Shown here in pieces: positions 17,964 to 43,218 of a stretch of DNA of 64,000 nucleotides. The DNA comes from the human T2T-CHM13v2.0 reference genome, Homo sapiens. Position 1 is the first letter of the stretch. Each line of letters opens with the position of its first letter. Under the pieces are notes generated by a model. It was not told where the DNA came from and searched no databases. It saw only the letters and a program-made list of their open reading frames with translations. The DNA is taken from the NCBI RefSeq assembly GCF_009914755.1, contig NC_060946.1, one strand, 5' to 3'. The position numbers and the translations under genes were made by a program.

Positions 17964-18680
17964 CGCTGAGGAGAGCCAGCCAGCTCTGTATGCGTTTCAG
18001 GGCTGCCTCCTGCAGGCTGCTGAAGAGACTCAACCCACCCTGAGTGCTCCCATCTCTGGAAAGGAAGCTTGATGGCTGGCCTGCGGGTGCTGGTCAGTGC
18101 CACCCAGCCCCTTGGGTGGAGAGGAGGAGGGTTGACATGGGCCCCTCTTGCTTTCACTCAGAACCCGTGTGTTGCTGCCAGGACCTGTCCTGCGGGTCCT
18201 GCCATTCCAGTTGGCCTCGGGATTTCTCTGGACTATTTTCCGAAGCCCTAAGCCAAAGACGAAATGTGCCACCTCTGGGTGACTGAGCAAATGTGCGCTG
18301 TGTTTTCCTGACTTCATGGGAGGGTGTGAGACACTTCTGGTGGCTGCTTCTGCTCTGCCTGTGGGGTGTCCAGCCAGGGGAAGGGCACGCTGCAGGCTGG
18401 GAGCACAGACACTTCTATGGAGCCCCTGACAGCACCTCTGCAGCACTTTGGGAGGCCTCGTACAGGTACCCAGCTAGGCTGGGCTGGACTCCTCACCTGT
18501 GGACTGGAGTAAAAAGTAGGGTGCTTTAGGCCACTATGTTTTTTTTTTTATTATTATTATTATTATTTTAGAGACAGGATCTTGCTCTGTTGCCCAGGCT
18601 GGAGTACAGTGGTGTGATCATAGCTTACTGCAGCCTCAAACTCGCCGGCTCAAGCGATCCTCCCACTTCAGCATGCCTAA

Positions 18681-18866
<186 letters not shown>

Positions 18867-18956
18867 TGATACCCATCACGGAAAACCAAGACCCTGCAGC
18901 AAGATAACACAATCACTTCATGATGTCACCCTATCTCTTTCAAAACTGCCTGTTTA

Positions 18957-19304
<348 letters not shown>

Positions 19305-20807
19305 TCAGCCTAGAGTGGCTGCAGGACAAGCTGTTACTCCATGGGACAGCTTCCATGGGGTCACCACTGAGGGTTTGATCACTGGATCTCAGGCCAGAGT
19401 ACCTCCTATCTGTCACCAAACTGTCCCCCAGACAGTGCACACACTCACCCCCCGGCAGAACACACTCACCCCCCGAGATGATGCACATACCCCCCGGACA
19501 GTACACGCACTCACCCTGCCTAGCAGCGTGGGTGTCAGGTGGTGATGGATAATTAGTGGTTTCAGTTATTGGAACAAAATAAAGCCGAGGTGACTTGCCA
19601 TCCTCAGGGACCTCACCGTGGTGGGTGCATCCCTGTCTCTCTGGACGTGGGGCGCAGATAGGCTTCTACCCATGTGCAGCCCCACCAGTGATGACTGAGA
19701 GAGCTACTTCCTCCTCCCTTTGGGGCTTGATCTGGGTGCTCAGCATGCTGGCTTGTCCCTGAATTATGTATTCAATGAAATCCCTGGCAAACCACCAGCA
19801 ATTCAGCTAAACATGACTGCTGGAACAAAAATAACCTGGCAATTAATGTTCCTGAGTTATTAGGCAAACATATATAATTGCTCCTTGTTTAAAAACAGAC
19901 AGCTGAACATCTTAGGACAAAAGTCCATGCTCAGTCAGCTTTTCTTCCTACTTTTCTCCCCTTTATTTTCCCTTTGTAAGAGCATTATGTCAGAATCAGC
20001 ACCCGAAGCCAACAGCCCCAGCCTGGTTTGGGGCTGGACTGGGATGAGGTGTCCCTGGCTCCCCCGACCCCTGTTCACCTGCAGGGCTGTGGGACGTGGA
20101 AGCAGAGGAGGAAGGTATTTAAGAGAGAATGCTGAGCAGAACCACATGGAGCTTGACCCCACCCATAGGGTGGAGGAGCTGTCATCCCAGACCCTGGCAC
20201 ATCCCCACCATAGCACTCAGGGACTGCGGTGTTCCCCCTTCTCCTGCCCGCTGGCCAGGACACAACCAATGGGCACCTACAGGACTGGCCCATCCAGGTC
20301 TGGGGCAAGTGCACTGCCTTCTACTAGCACTGTCCAGCCCAGGGAAGGTGGGCTCTCCTGCCATCCCTGCTGCAGAGGTTGGGGGGCACTTCTGCCCAGA
20401 AGGGACATGGAGACTTGGGCTGGGTCTGGGTTGAAACATGGCAGTTAGAGGTACAAAGGCTGAGGCTCATCAGGGACAGAGACCACCTCCCCCTACCCCA
20501 GGCAGCACATCCCTGAGACCTGGTGCAGCCCTGGGGCCAGCTGGGTGTCAGACCAGGCTGAATGGGGCACCCTGGAGGTGGTAAGGCTTCCATAGCAGAC
20601 CCCAAGGGCTCTAGGGCATGGCACAGTCCCTGGCAATGACCAAAAGCATTTCCCCAGTTCTGCTGGCAAGAAGCTTCAGGGGCAGGCACTGAGTGGGGGG
20701 CACACATGTGCACACAGGTGTGAATGCCTCCAAGGGCATGAATGGTGGGTGCTAGCACCATGTACTTTTTTGTTTGAAATGGAGTTTCGTTCTGTCGCCC
20801 AGGCTAG

Positions 20808-21222
<415 letters not shown>

Positions 21223-22215
21223 TAATTTTTGTATTTTTAATAGAGATGGGGTTTCACCATCTTGGCCAGGCTGGTCTTGAACTCCTGACCTCATGATCCA
21301 CCCACCTCGGCCTCGCAAAATGCTGGGATTACAGGCATGAGCCACCGCACCCAGCTGTGAGCACCACTTTCACTCCCAATTTTATGAATGTCTGTTATTT
21401 CACATTTAATCAGGAGCAAATGTTGTTTTATGAAATTGATGTGCAATGATCAATATGGAAATTATTTTTAAACACTTGTCGGGCTCTCACCACTGCAACT
21501 TGGTTTCAGACTCAGATTGTGATGGCAGGACAGCTGAGCTCTGCTCCTTGGAGCTGCCTCTCCGGCACAAGTGCTCAGGGGGTCTTCAGCCATCACTTTT
21601 TTTTTTTTTTTAGAGACAGGGCTTCTCTGTTCCCCAGGTTGGAGTGCAATGGTGCAGTCACAGTTCACTGCAGCCTCAAACTCCTGGGCTCAAATGATCC
21701 TGCTGCCTCAGCCTCCCCAGTAGTTGGGAATACAGGCATGCACCACCACACCTGACTAATTTTTGTATTTTTTTTTTTTGTAGATATGGGGTCTTACTTT
21801 CTTGCCCAAGCTGGTCTCAAAACTCCTAGCCTCAAGTGATCCTCCCACTTTGGCCTCCCAAACTGCTGGGATTACAGGTGTCATCCACTGTGCCTGGCCC
21901 AGCCATCGCTTCTTAGACCCTCAGGTCTAATGGACATTGCAGGAACTGACCCCTTCCACTCAGTCACCGCTGTGTCCTTATTTGTTTTCTTCTAATGTCC
22001 AAGCTGGGACTTGAAAGTCAGTTTTCTTTCCTCAAGACCAGGGCTCTTAAAGTTTAGATGTCTCTCCTAATTCCAAAAGAAATATTTGTTTGATTAGGCT
22101 GGATGTGGTGGCTCACACCTGTAATCCTCCACCTCGGAGGCCGAGGCGGGTAGATCATTTGAGGTCAGGAGTTCAAGACCAGCTTGGCCAACATGGTGAA
22201 ACCCCATCTCTACTA

Positions 22216-22512
<297 letters not shown>

Positions 22513-22967
22513 TCAGAGGCCCACATGCTGTGCCATTCAATCTGTATCCTTGAGCTCACGCTTCCAAGAGCCCACGGGTTTGTTGTGGGTGTTCCCAGGG
22601 CTGGGGACAGATGGACAGAAGGAGGAACAGCCCCCCACCCTCCAGCCTGGGCTCCCGGCATGGAGCCCAGGCTCCATGGTGCCCCTAAGGGCCTGGCAGA
22701 CCCGTCTCCCGCCATTGAATGGTGTGGATGTGTGTCCCTGCCTAGCATCCTCCTGTTTCCCGTGCGGTCCCAGCTGCAGGCTCCCGAGAGCTCACCTGGA
22801 GCCACGGTGCTCCTTCCTCCAGTGTGGGTGCAGCAGGACTGCCGGCTTCCTGCCCTCTCTGAGACTGGCCCTTGTTGCCACTGAGGCCAGTTTTGTGTGT
22901 GAAAAGAGAAAAAGACTTGGCTCGCTCGTTTCCATCTGAAGCCATCAGTGATGCTTTCCTCTTGCAG

Positions 22968-23056
22968 GCTCATCTTGGCAGCCAACAGGGATGAATTCTA
23001 CAGCCGACCCTCCAAGTTAGCTGACTTCTGGGGGAACAACAACGAGATCCTCAGTG
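22968..23056 (+). CDS. TANGO2: TANGO2 exon 3: [29 protein letters not shown] (contains NRDE motif)
   Basis: Acceptor cctcttgcag|G, donor GTG|GTGAGT; 89 nt; frame continuous with exon 2. Confidence 0.97.
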
Positions 23057-23934
23057 GTGAGTCTTCCTGCGTGCTCAGCGGTGGCTGCGCCTTGTTGCTT
23101 CCCTAGCCCCTGCGTGGCCCGAGTGACCCTAACTGAGTGGTGCTGCTTCCAAGTGTGATGGCGGGGTGTAGAGGTGGAACTGATGGGGCTCATGGTCGGG
23201 GCCAGCCCCAGCACCGGGCATTGCCAGAGCTGCCCACCCAGCACTGTCTGCGTGGCTTCCTGTGCCATGCGTCTGCATGGGGGCCCCATCATGTGAAAGC
23301 ATCAGTTGGTTTTATATGGATCCCTCCTTTTTGCTGAGGGCATGTGGGTGGATTTGTGTGATGTACAGATCCACACTCAGTCACTTTGTGAAGCAACCCA
23401 GTCATATGAGTGTGTGCATGCGTGTGTATGCGTGCGTGTGTGTGCCTGTGTTTGTGTTTCTGTTTGTATATGAGCACCCTTGCTTCAGGGATGGTGGGGC
23501 TGAGTTTGGGAAGCTGGTGGTGCTGAAGCCCCGTCACCTGCACCATGCCTGTGTTGCATTAGGTGTACTTATAGGGCAGAAGTAGGGGTGAGAACCAGGT
23601 CCTCCCCACCAAAGATACCAGCCTCATTGAAGTCCTGTTGGACAGGAACCAGTTCCTGCCCATGGGGTGGTGGGAGTCTACCTGGAAGGTGCGCATAGAT
23701 GGCTGGTGAGGCCACGGGTTACTCTGCCTGCGTACCAGGCGCCAAGTGGGCCCGAGGCATCCTGGCATGCTCCAGGGTGCCCACTCAGGCCAGATGTGTG
23801 ACCTCGTGGGCCCATGGAGGCTGTGTGTGCCCTGTGCTGCCTCCCAGGCCGGGAGGGCAGGTGTTGGGATTATAGGTGTGAACCCAACACTTAAGGAGGC
23901 TGAGGCAGGAGGATTACTTGAGCCCAGGAGTTCA

Positions 23935-24144
<210 letters not shown>

Positions 24145-24669
24145 TCAGTCAATCAATCAATCAAATAAAAGCTCAGCTGTGGGGTTTTGTGAGGACTCCT
24201 GTGTAGGCCTGTGGCCTGGCAGTAGTGTGAGAATGCTGCTGAGGCTGGGTGGTCCCGGCACCGTGTGGGAGGAGGACGGGTGCATGGAGACTGAGGCAGG
24301 GTGGTCCTAGGCCTGCTGGTATAGGAGGATGCAGTGGGTGCAGGGCTGGTCAGGACGGGTGGGTGAAGGCACAAGACTGATGTCCTTGGAAGGTGGAAGG
24401 TTTTCATAGATGAAGACGTGGCGGCTCAGAGGGTTACCCTCTTCTGGTTCCTTGACTATTGTGCCCTCCTGGGCTCCATCCCACCCTGGCACCCAGGTCT
24501 GTCAGCTGCCTCTGAACTAGTGCCAACCCCAGCAGCTCCAGTCTTGTGGAATTGTTCACCCCTGTGGTGTTTTGATGGTGGCAGCTGGTGCATGGATGTA
24601 CACGGGCTTCTGCCAAGTGTCGGGGTGACCATATCACTAAGGCCCACATCCTCTCACTCTCTGGCGTCA

Positions 24670-24942
<273 letters not shown>

Positions 24943-25135
24943 TCAGGAGGCTGAGGTGGGAGGATCGCCTGAGCCTGGAAGGTAGAAGCTGCAGTGAACC
25001 GAGACTGAGCCACTGCAGTTAGCCTAGGCAACAGAGTGAGACCCTGTCTGAAAAAAAAGAAAAGAAATGCAAATCAAAATCATTAAATTCATAAAAATTT
25101 GGCCATCACTTCTTTTTTTTTTTTTTTTTTTTTGA

Positions 25136-25294
<159 letters not shown>

Positions 25295-25709
25295 TAGTAG
25301 AGATGGGGTTTCTCCATGTTGGTCAGGCTGGCCTTGAACTCCCGACCTCAGGTGATCCGCCCGCCTTGTCCTCCCAAAGTGCTGGGATTAGAAGCATGAG
25401 CCATTGCACCCAGCGGCCATTACTTTTTCAAGTAGTTTTTCTGTCTTCTCTCTCACTCTCTCCTTCTCTCCAGTTACACACATATATTAGTTCACTTGCC
25501 CTTGTCCCACACCTCTGCGATGCTCTCTGCGTACTTTTCTCGGTGCCCCTAGATCTTGAGGTTTTCCAGCCTGGTGTCTGGGAGCCAGCCCTACTCCCTG
25601 CCCTGTGTGAGCACTGGTGGTTCTTGCCCCAGTGTCATATAGTCTCCTCCCTGAGATGCTGATCAGACATTCTCTGTGTAGCTCCTTCCTCTCTGGACTT
25701 TTGTGCCAC

Positions 25710-27199
<1,490 letters not shown>

Positions 27200-27372
27200 G
27201 CCATGAACTCTGGTTGTCTTAGTTTCCCCAAACACTAAGCCCCTCTTCTCAGCTCAGGGAGTCTGCTGAATTCGGCCTGGTCCCCCCACTCCCTGGGCTG
27301 GGTCCTGGAGCCTCTCTAATCATGGGCTCACTTTGTTTCCTGTCTGTCATATCCTTTTTTGTAAAACCCATT

Positions 27373-28058
<686 letters not shown>

Positions 28059-28129
28059 CCATTGTTTCTTGAGTTTTATTTATTTATTTATTTTTTGGTT
28101 GTTTTATGCAGGAGGGTAAATCTGGTCCT

Positions 28130-31551
<3,422 letters not shown>

Positions 31552-31928
31552 CTAAGAAGGAGCCCTCCTGTGGCTTTCAGAGCCCTCCAACCTTGTGGCA
31601 TTAGCAGTGGCCCATGCCCTGCAGATTTGGCGGGGGTGAAGGTCCTGGTTGTGTGCTGGGCTCCTAGTGAAGGGCCTGCCCTTTGGGCCTGGTGCATCCT
31701 GCTGGGTGAGGACAGCCAGCGTCCCTGCACCCCATTCATGCGATTGGAGCCTAGTGCTGCCCCTCAGCCTTGACGCTGGCCCAAGTGGAAGGATGTGTTC
31801 TGCAGGGCATCTGTTGGGATAGGTGTGGTTGGTGTCATAGTTGTCCTGCAGGACAGGGATCTCACTTGCACGACCCATGAACCCCAGGGGCTGCCTGGCC
31901 TTGAAGAGTTCCAGCCACGATTCCATAG

Positions 31929-32222
<294 letters not shown>

Positions 32223-32894
32223 TGAGACAGGGTGGGGTGGGGCAGGCCTAGGTGAGACAAGGTGGGGCCAAGGGACTACAGGACTGGCCAATGTATGGTG
32301 GAGTGGGGCGGGCCAAGGTAGGAAGTGCCAAGGTGCTTGTGCTTGGGAGTGGGATGGGGCAGGGCTGAGGTACCGTGGGGCAGGGCCAGGTTACAGAGTG
32401 GGCGGTGACAAAGCGTGGCAGGGCAGGGCCCAGGTAAGGGTGGGGACAAGAAGGGGGAAGCTGGGCCCCGTGGCAGGTGGGTGGCTTCCGTGGGCATATC
32501 ACTGCCGCCACTGAGGTGTGCTGCAGGGGTATGCGGCAGAGACAGGAAGAGTGAGGAGGGGAGCATCCCATTTCCCACACCCTGGCCCTCTGGCGTCGCA
32601 GCCAGGAGCCCACTCCCACCTGACCCACGCAGCACTGTTTACTCCTCTCAGGGCGCACTCTCCCCTTGTCCTCATGCATGGCACTCCTGACTGCTGTGTC
32701 ACTGTCCCCTGCCTGGAATGTTTGTAGAGTAGATGCCTTCCCCGAGACGACAGCTCTGTGGACACACATTGTCCCCACTGAAAGGTGTTGTTTACTTCAT
32801 GCTGGATTTCCATAGGAAGACATAGTGGGGAAATTTTTTTTTTAATAAAATGAGCAGTTTTCAGTGCCGACCTGAGTGGCAGCCAGGCTAATGA

Positions 32895-33368
<474 letters not shown>

Positions 33369-35554
33369 TGATGGCATGAGGGCTGCCGGATCCCTGGAGA
33401 AAGCTGAGGCTGTGAAGAACAGTCACATAGAGTGGCTCTGGCCGGGTGTCCTCCCTCCCACGGGCAGGCTGTGCAGAGCAGCCCTCCGCAGCCCTGGCTT
33501 GGAGTGACTGGGATGCTGTGCTCCCAGGGAAGCTCCTGTTGGAGATGAGGCCGCAGGAACTGCGGAGGTTTTGGTGTTTTGCCCTTCCGTGAAGTGAGCA
33601 TTCCTCCCTCCTGCCCTCCTCCCCCTCCAAAGCCCCAGAACTTGGCCAATGCTGTTAGTCCGGGGCCTTCTGCCAGGACAGGCAAACGGGAAGTGGTCGG
33701 CACATTGTGGCGGGCCCTGAAGCTGCCTCCTTCCACAAGGGCAGGTCCATGGGCCTCTCTCCTGGCTCCCGAGCTCCAGGCCTGCTGTTCGTTGAGCATC
33801 CCTTGTGTGTGGCATGCCCAGCCCTGCCCCACATGGGTCTGCACACTTGCTATGGAGGCTGGGAGAGTTGCAGTGTCCCCTAGGTGGAAGGCCGAGGGCT
33901 GGTGCGGGGCACTTGCTGTCCGGAGCCGTTCTTCCTGCCCATGCCTTCGTGACTCCAGGTGGCAGAGCCCCTGTGCTCTCTGCATGCCCCCATGCTCAGG
34001 AACCACTTTTCCCGGTCAGTAGTTCCATGTGGGTCTGATTAGTCTCAGGAGAGTTCCTCTGCGGCCGTGGCACCAGCAGGACTTGGCACTCAGCAGCTGT
34101 GTGGAGGTGGGGTGCCAAGGGTGCCATGCCTTGAGCAGATACACGGGCTCCTGTGGTTGGGGGTTGGGGGTTTGGGCTCCTCAGAGCCTGTGCAACTCTC
34201 CCGGCTCCAAAGGCTGCAGAGTGAGGGTCAGCCTCCTGGACCTAGCCTGAGGATACAGGCAGTGGCCAGGAGAGCATACCACAGGTCAGGCAAAAGCTGG
34301 TGCCAGGGCCGAGGCTGGAGGGCGGGGGCATCGGAGGTCAGTGAGCAGCCCTGCTGGTAGGTGCAGATGAGGAAGCCAAGGCCTGGAAGGGAGAGAGGCT
34401 TGTCATGGCCACAGCTATCCCTGGGTGAGGCCTGCCCTCCGCCTGGCCTGTGGTATAGTGCTGGCAGCATGGGTGTCCAGTTCTGTAGGTCCTTACACAG
34501 AAAGCCCAGAGGAGATTTTTGCCTGCAAACAGTCTCTGAAATTATGAACCAAGTATCTTAGGAAAGTTGCCAAAGACCATGGTGAGGAAGAACGGGAGTG
34601 GAATGTGAACATAGACGGGGGGGCCCTTGAAGCCTACCAGGGGTGGGGAAGGTGGGTCCCACCTGGGGGCAGCACTTCGGGGAGGAAGGCACCATGCCTG
34701 GCTCTTTCTCTGCATCTGTTCCATCTTGAAGGCCCAGGGCTCCATGCCCAGCATCTGGCCTGGGAGGGCATCTCACAGGCCACAAAGAGATCCTCTTCAC
34801 TTTGCAAAAAAGGCACTCCAAGTTCTAGAAGACTTACTGTGGTATTGAGGATTGGAATATTTTCAGCTGGGGAGCATTTTGAACTATTTTCTTTTTAAAA
34901 AATGATTTATTTATTTTGTAGAGATGGGGTCTTGCTATGTTGCCCAGTCTGGTTTCAAACTCCTGGCCTCAAGCAGTCCTCCCTCCTTAGTCTCCAGATT
35001 AGCTGGGACTATAGGCATGAGTCACTATGCCCAGCTCTACTGTCCCTTAACTATTTTAAAGTGTACACTTAACACTTGAGAGTAGGAAAATGTGGTCTTT
35101 GGCGCTTTCTTTGGAAGCCTCGATCACCCTGGGGCCACACTGGGGCCACCTGTCCAGAAACCCTCATAGATGAGCTGTGGTAAGGGGCCTGATGGAGAGG
35201 TTGGTGATGTGGGGATGGGGCTCAGCCCTGCAGTTGTCCCCATGGGCAGCCTCTGTGTGTCCATGCCATGGGGCATTCGGCATGGCAGGAGGGCATTTTA
35301 GATCCTGTGCCTCCTGGGCTGGTGGGCCCCGAGGTGAGCTGGGAACATACCCGTGATGCTGGACAAGAGCTGGGGCCTCCATGACCCCGCCTGCCAGGCA
35401 CCTGAGGGGCTGGGTCCTGCAAGCTCCTGACCTGGCCGCAGCGGGCTACTGCGCACATCGCTAGCCTCCAGAAACAGGGCTGTGAGATCACCGGGCAGTG
35501 TCGGGGAGGACGCCCTATGGCTGTAGTCTGACATTCTCTCCCCTTGGCCTGCAG

Positions 35555-35625
35555 CACAGCAAAGGGAGACGTCATTTGCTACTATGGGAACCGAGGGGAG
35601 CCTGATCCTATCGTTTTGACGCCAG
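35555..35625 (+). CDS. TANGO2: TANGO2 exon 6: [24 protein letters not shown]
   Basis: cctgcag|CAC and CAG|GTGAGC; 71 nt; frame-consistent. Confidence 0.95.
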
Positions 35626-37639
35626 GTGAGCCTGCCCTGGCAGCCTGATGGGGTGGGGGACTGTTTCTATGCAGAGGTCACCCTTGTGCTTTTTAGAGAC
35701 CAGGCACTTGTCATATTACTCTTCTGAGATGACTTTGTGGCCATTTAAGTGCCTTATGGTCTGTGGGCACCTTGCCCTGCACCTGGACACTTCAGAGAGC
35801 CCTGGCTCCCTGCTCACCCCCTCCCCATGGGCTTTTCCTGCTGAGCAAGGTGCGCCCCTGTTCTGGGCTTCCCACCGCAGCCCTGCAGCCCAGCCGGCCA
35901 CCCCCAGCCTCACTTCCTGTGCCGTCCCAGTGTGCCCTGTGCCTGTTCCTTCTCAGAACCTCTGGAGCCATCACCACCTGGGGTTCTTGCCTGGTCTGCT
36001 CCCTGACGCACAAGTACACACCCCACTCAAGCCCCACACAGATGCACGCCTCCTGCACCCAGTCCCCAGTCTGATCCCCGGTCCCCATCCTCAGGGCCTC
36101 GAGCCCCTCTGCGCCAGGTCACACTCCACGGCTGGGCCCTTCCTGCCCTGGCTCTGCACCACTGCCCAGGCTGTGCCTCCTGCTACATGCCCTTCCTTTC
36201 CCCCTCCTCGGGTGCTGCGATTTCCTGGAAGCTTCCTCTGCCAGTGCCCCAACCTGGAGAGAATGTGTCACATTGCCCCCCTCTGCAGCCATGTTCTGGG
36301 AGGGAGGTCTGCATCTTGTCCCAGGTCTGGTGCCAGGACAAAGCAGCACTCCTGGGAAATGGCATTTCCCCTGGGTGCACAAAACTGTAGGGACCATAGC
36401 CTAGGTTCCGGGGACTGCTGGCTCACTCACTCCCACACTCGCTGCCCACAGACACTCCTCGCTGGTGGCATCGTGGAACTCTGTGCCTTAAACGCCCGCT
36501 CTGGTCCCTCTACTCAAGCTGCTGGCTCACACAGGGTGTTCCGGCGCCTGGGGAGTGTGTCAGTGCCCTTAGCGCCACCCACACCCCTCTGTGAGGGGGC
36601 TCCCTCACACCCCTGGCTCCTCTGAAGCTCCATGCCCACGTCACACAGACTTTCTTTTGCATTTGGCACAAATCACCAAGTGAGGTTGCAGGTCACAGGT
36701 GCACACCTTCCCACTGGGTGTACACGGTGGAACTGAAGCCCCAGGCGTCCCTGGAGGGGCCCGAGGGAGATGATAAGCAGTCCCCAGGACAGCTGAGTGG
36801 CCCCATCCCACCTGCATCTTAGGGGGCTGGTGGTGCTGACGGGCTCATCATGAGTCCTGTGGTCCTTGCCTGGCCCACACTGGAGCTGGCTTCCAGCTTC
36901 CCACGTCTGCCCAGTGATGTTTCATCCACAGATAGGCCCAGCCCCCATTTGCTAGGGTGGTGCCCAGACCCGAACCCCTGGGCTAGTTGGGATCTCCAGA
37001 GGAGGCATCTGCCTGGAGGGTGGCTTCCAGTGTGTCCCACCCACTGCCCCCACGCCTACCAGCTGGTGCCCTCTCCTCCACCTGGGGCTTATCCTTCCGG
37101 CCACCCTCTGTGACCCTGGTCTTCCCCTCCCTACCTTGGATACAACTGTGGGCAGCCCACCTGAGCTCCCAAGAGCTGGGCAGTGGCACAGACACAGAGA
37201 CTACCAGCGAGGCAGGGATGTGGCCCCAGAAGGTCCTGAGCTTGCAAAGGATTGTTCTGGCTGTCTCAGCCAGCTCTTGCTGTTCCACCTGCCCCAGAAC
37301 CTCCGCATCAGTTGAGGGTCGTGGGGTTGGAATGTGTGGCGAAGTAGGTCTGTGGCAGTGGAGTTGGGCCATGCTGAGCCTGTGACTGCCCAGGAGAGAA
37401 TTGGAAACTAAAAGGTGCAAAAGCAGTCAGAGACTCCCTACCACCCCCTCACTGTGAACATTGGCCCAGCGGCCTCTGGGGCAGTCGCTGTAACCATCCG
37501 CGTGGCACCCTCGGTTCTCAGAGGCTGAGACCTCCGTGGCTGGAGATGCTTATTTTCTGCTCAGTTGTTGTTCTGTAGAACTTATTTCTGTCTACATCCT
37601 GCCTCATCCCTGAGCCTGCCCCACCTGGTCCACATTGCC

Positions 37640-40250
<2,611 letters not shown>

Positions 40251-41129
40251 TCTTCCATGTTGTTCATGATGGAAAAAGCACTGTGACACCTGGGGCTGGC
40301 GGCTTGGCTCTGGGGGCCCCAGCAGAGCCAGGCTGTCTCCCTGGGAAATGCCTCGGCCAAGATATTCTCCTGGAAGTCTGACAGGGAGAGGGTGGTGTCT
40401 TGGTCTCCCTGGTGCATCATTTGGGGTGCTTGGCTCCCATCAAGCCCACCCCTGCTGCCCTGGCCTCTAGAGAAGAGCCTCTGAGGTGAGGTGCTTCTCC
40501 ACCTCAAGTCCCTGCCCTTCACTTTCTGTGACATGAGAAACCCTTTTCCTGTTGGCCATGCCTTCTGCCAACACTCTGGGAGCTTGTTCAGAGTCTGTGC
40601 AGAGCCCCCCGGCTCTCCTAACCTGGGGCCTGGCTGGTACGCAGAGGTGGGCCATGCTCTGCTGAGGCCCAGCCTACACCTGTGCCCACTGTGTGGCGCT
40701 GTTGGGGGTTCCCCAAACAGGGACATGATTGTGGTGGGTGCCTCCTGGCCTCTGGTGGCTAATTCTCCCACTCTTGAACTTCTCAGGTGGCCCCCCAACC
40801 TGGCGTGAGGTGAAGAGGTTCCCTCTTGGCTGTCCCCTTTGCCTGTGAGATCTCAGGTTGCTCATTTCTTATTCATCCATCCATCGAGGCTGCTGGGCAT
40901 CTGTGCCTTGTGGTCTCCTGTGGGTGCCCGCTTCCGCCTACTGCTGAGTTCTCCTCTCCTTGCCATGCCATCAGGTCAGGAATGAGCATGGGGAAGGAGC
41001 TGGAGCATGGAGCGGCTTGGCCTCAGTCTGGCCTGATTTCATGGTCCCCAGCTGTACCCCGTGTTAGGTGGGTGGCAGGTGGCAATTTGCCCTGACATGG
41101 CACAGCAGGGCCTCTGCATGGCCCGCTGA

Positions 41130-41297
<168 letters not shown>

Positions 41298-41504
41298 TGA
41301 GTGGGCGGGTCCTGCTGGGGTGAGCCCCAGTGTCCCGCCACCAGGGCAGAGGGAAAGGCAGGCCCTGCTGCCCCAGGAGGCCCATGGAAGTGGCCAGGCT
41401 GGGTCCCCAGCTGCAGGGAAGCTGATGGACATCCTGTCCTCCCTGCCTGTCCCCTTGAGCCAGCTGAGGTTTCCAACACCAGGGACTTTTGATGACAGAA
41501 GATG

Positions 41505-41534
41505 GGCCCAGGCCCAGGCCCAGGCCCAGGCCCA
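41505..41534 (+). repeat. (GGCCCA)5 hexamer microsatellite, intron 7
   Basis: Five perfect units read directly. Confidence 0.95.
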
Positions 41535-42456
41535 GGGGAGGCTCAGTGCGCCCAGAGGCTTGATGCAGCCACGTGGGGCCCAGAGCAGATGGATGCTCCC
41601 CTCTGCATGCCGAGAGCTTGTGGGAAGTTCCAGAAGATTCTAGACACTCAGCAAACCCAGGCGGAAGAGACACATCATGGAAATGAGTGGCTAGGGTCAG
41701 CACGCTCAGGGTTGATGGGCTTCCCGCAAGCGGTCTGTCCCCAGCGACCCTGGGCTGAGTGCTGGGCAGGGACTTGCAGTTCCGGGAACTGCCTGGGTGT
41801 AGGAGCTCCCACCCACTTCCTTGCCCGTAGGCCTCAAGGCCCCTCAGGGGCCAGGCACTGGGGTCTTCGTTGCCCCAGCCGGGGGTCCTGGTGCTTGCCA
41901 TGCCAGCCTTTCTCCCACTGGGCGAGATGCCCCACCCATCCCTCGCTCCCCACCCAGGTCAGACCACTGCCCTGCCCAGGTGATCCAGCGTCCACTCCCA
42001 CCCTGTCCAGCTTGCCCCCTTCAGAGAAGCCCCCATGGACCATCTCCCACTCCTCCCCCTGGGGCCCCTTTCTGCCCCCTGCCTACCCTCCTTCTCCTCT
42101 GGGCCTCTGATAGGTGGCCTCGTCCTTCAGCCTCAGCATCGCTGCCTCACTGGAAGAGCCCCACCTGGGCATGCCCAGCAGCCCCTCCCAGCTGTAAGTC
42201 CACACAGCCCCCATCAATGTGCCATCTGGGGCAGGCCGAGGACCGGCCCTGGCTGCCCTCACTGATGGCTGGAGCCCCGATGCTAGCTACAATGGCTGGC
42301 TTGAGTGGACTTCTGTCACAGAGGCAAATGCCCACAGGGCACCTCTTGGGGCAGGCAGGGAGCTTGTATGTGCCATCTGGGGCCAAAGCTCCACGATTGA
42401 GTCATAAGTTAAGGGTAGATGGAGATTTTCCGCCTTGAGCAGAAACGTGGAGGAAA

Positions 42457-42835
42457 CACGCCTGGTGTGTGACTCACGCCTGTAATCCCAGCACTTCGGG
42501 AAGCCGAGGTGGGCGGATCACCTGAGGTCAGGAGGTCAAAACCAACTTGGTCAACATGGTGAAACTCTGTCTCTACTAAAAACACAAAATTAGATGGCTG
42601 GGTGGTGCACGCCTGTAATCCCAGCTGACGGCTGGAGCCCCGATGCTAGCTACAATGGCTGGCTTGAGTGGACTTCTGTCAGGAGAATTGCTTGAACTCG
42701 GGAGGTGGAAGTTGCAGTGAGCCAAGATCGTACCATTGCGCTCTAGTCTGGGCGACAAGAGTGAAACTCCTCCTCAAAAAAAGAAAATAAGAGAAAAGAG
42801 AAGAGAAGAGGAAAAAGAAAAGAAGAAAAGAAACA
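42457..42835 (+). mobile_element. AluS (Sp/Sq-like) with an internal non-Alu insertion (42625-42681) and a GA-rich tail, ~120 bp upstream of exon 8
   Basis: Alu dimer whose right arm is interrupted by a copy of 42262-42318. Confidence 0.88.
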
Positions 42836-42897
42836 ACCCTTGCAGTTCCCCGGCCACTCCCCAGAGCCAGTTAGGCCACCAGGTGGGCTGGGGCTAG

Positions 42898-43218
<321 letters not shown>

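Noticed and set aside
19425-19517. Short degenerate ~21-bp tandem repeat (cacactcacccccc); also an 18-bp duplication at 60699-60734
   Set aside because: Ordinary small slippage repeats with no supporting functional signal.
35648-36625. 325-aa ORF on + in intron 6
   Set aside because: Pro/Ser/Leu/Cys-rich low-complexity translation of GC-rich intron; no recognisable domain or exon structure.
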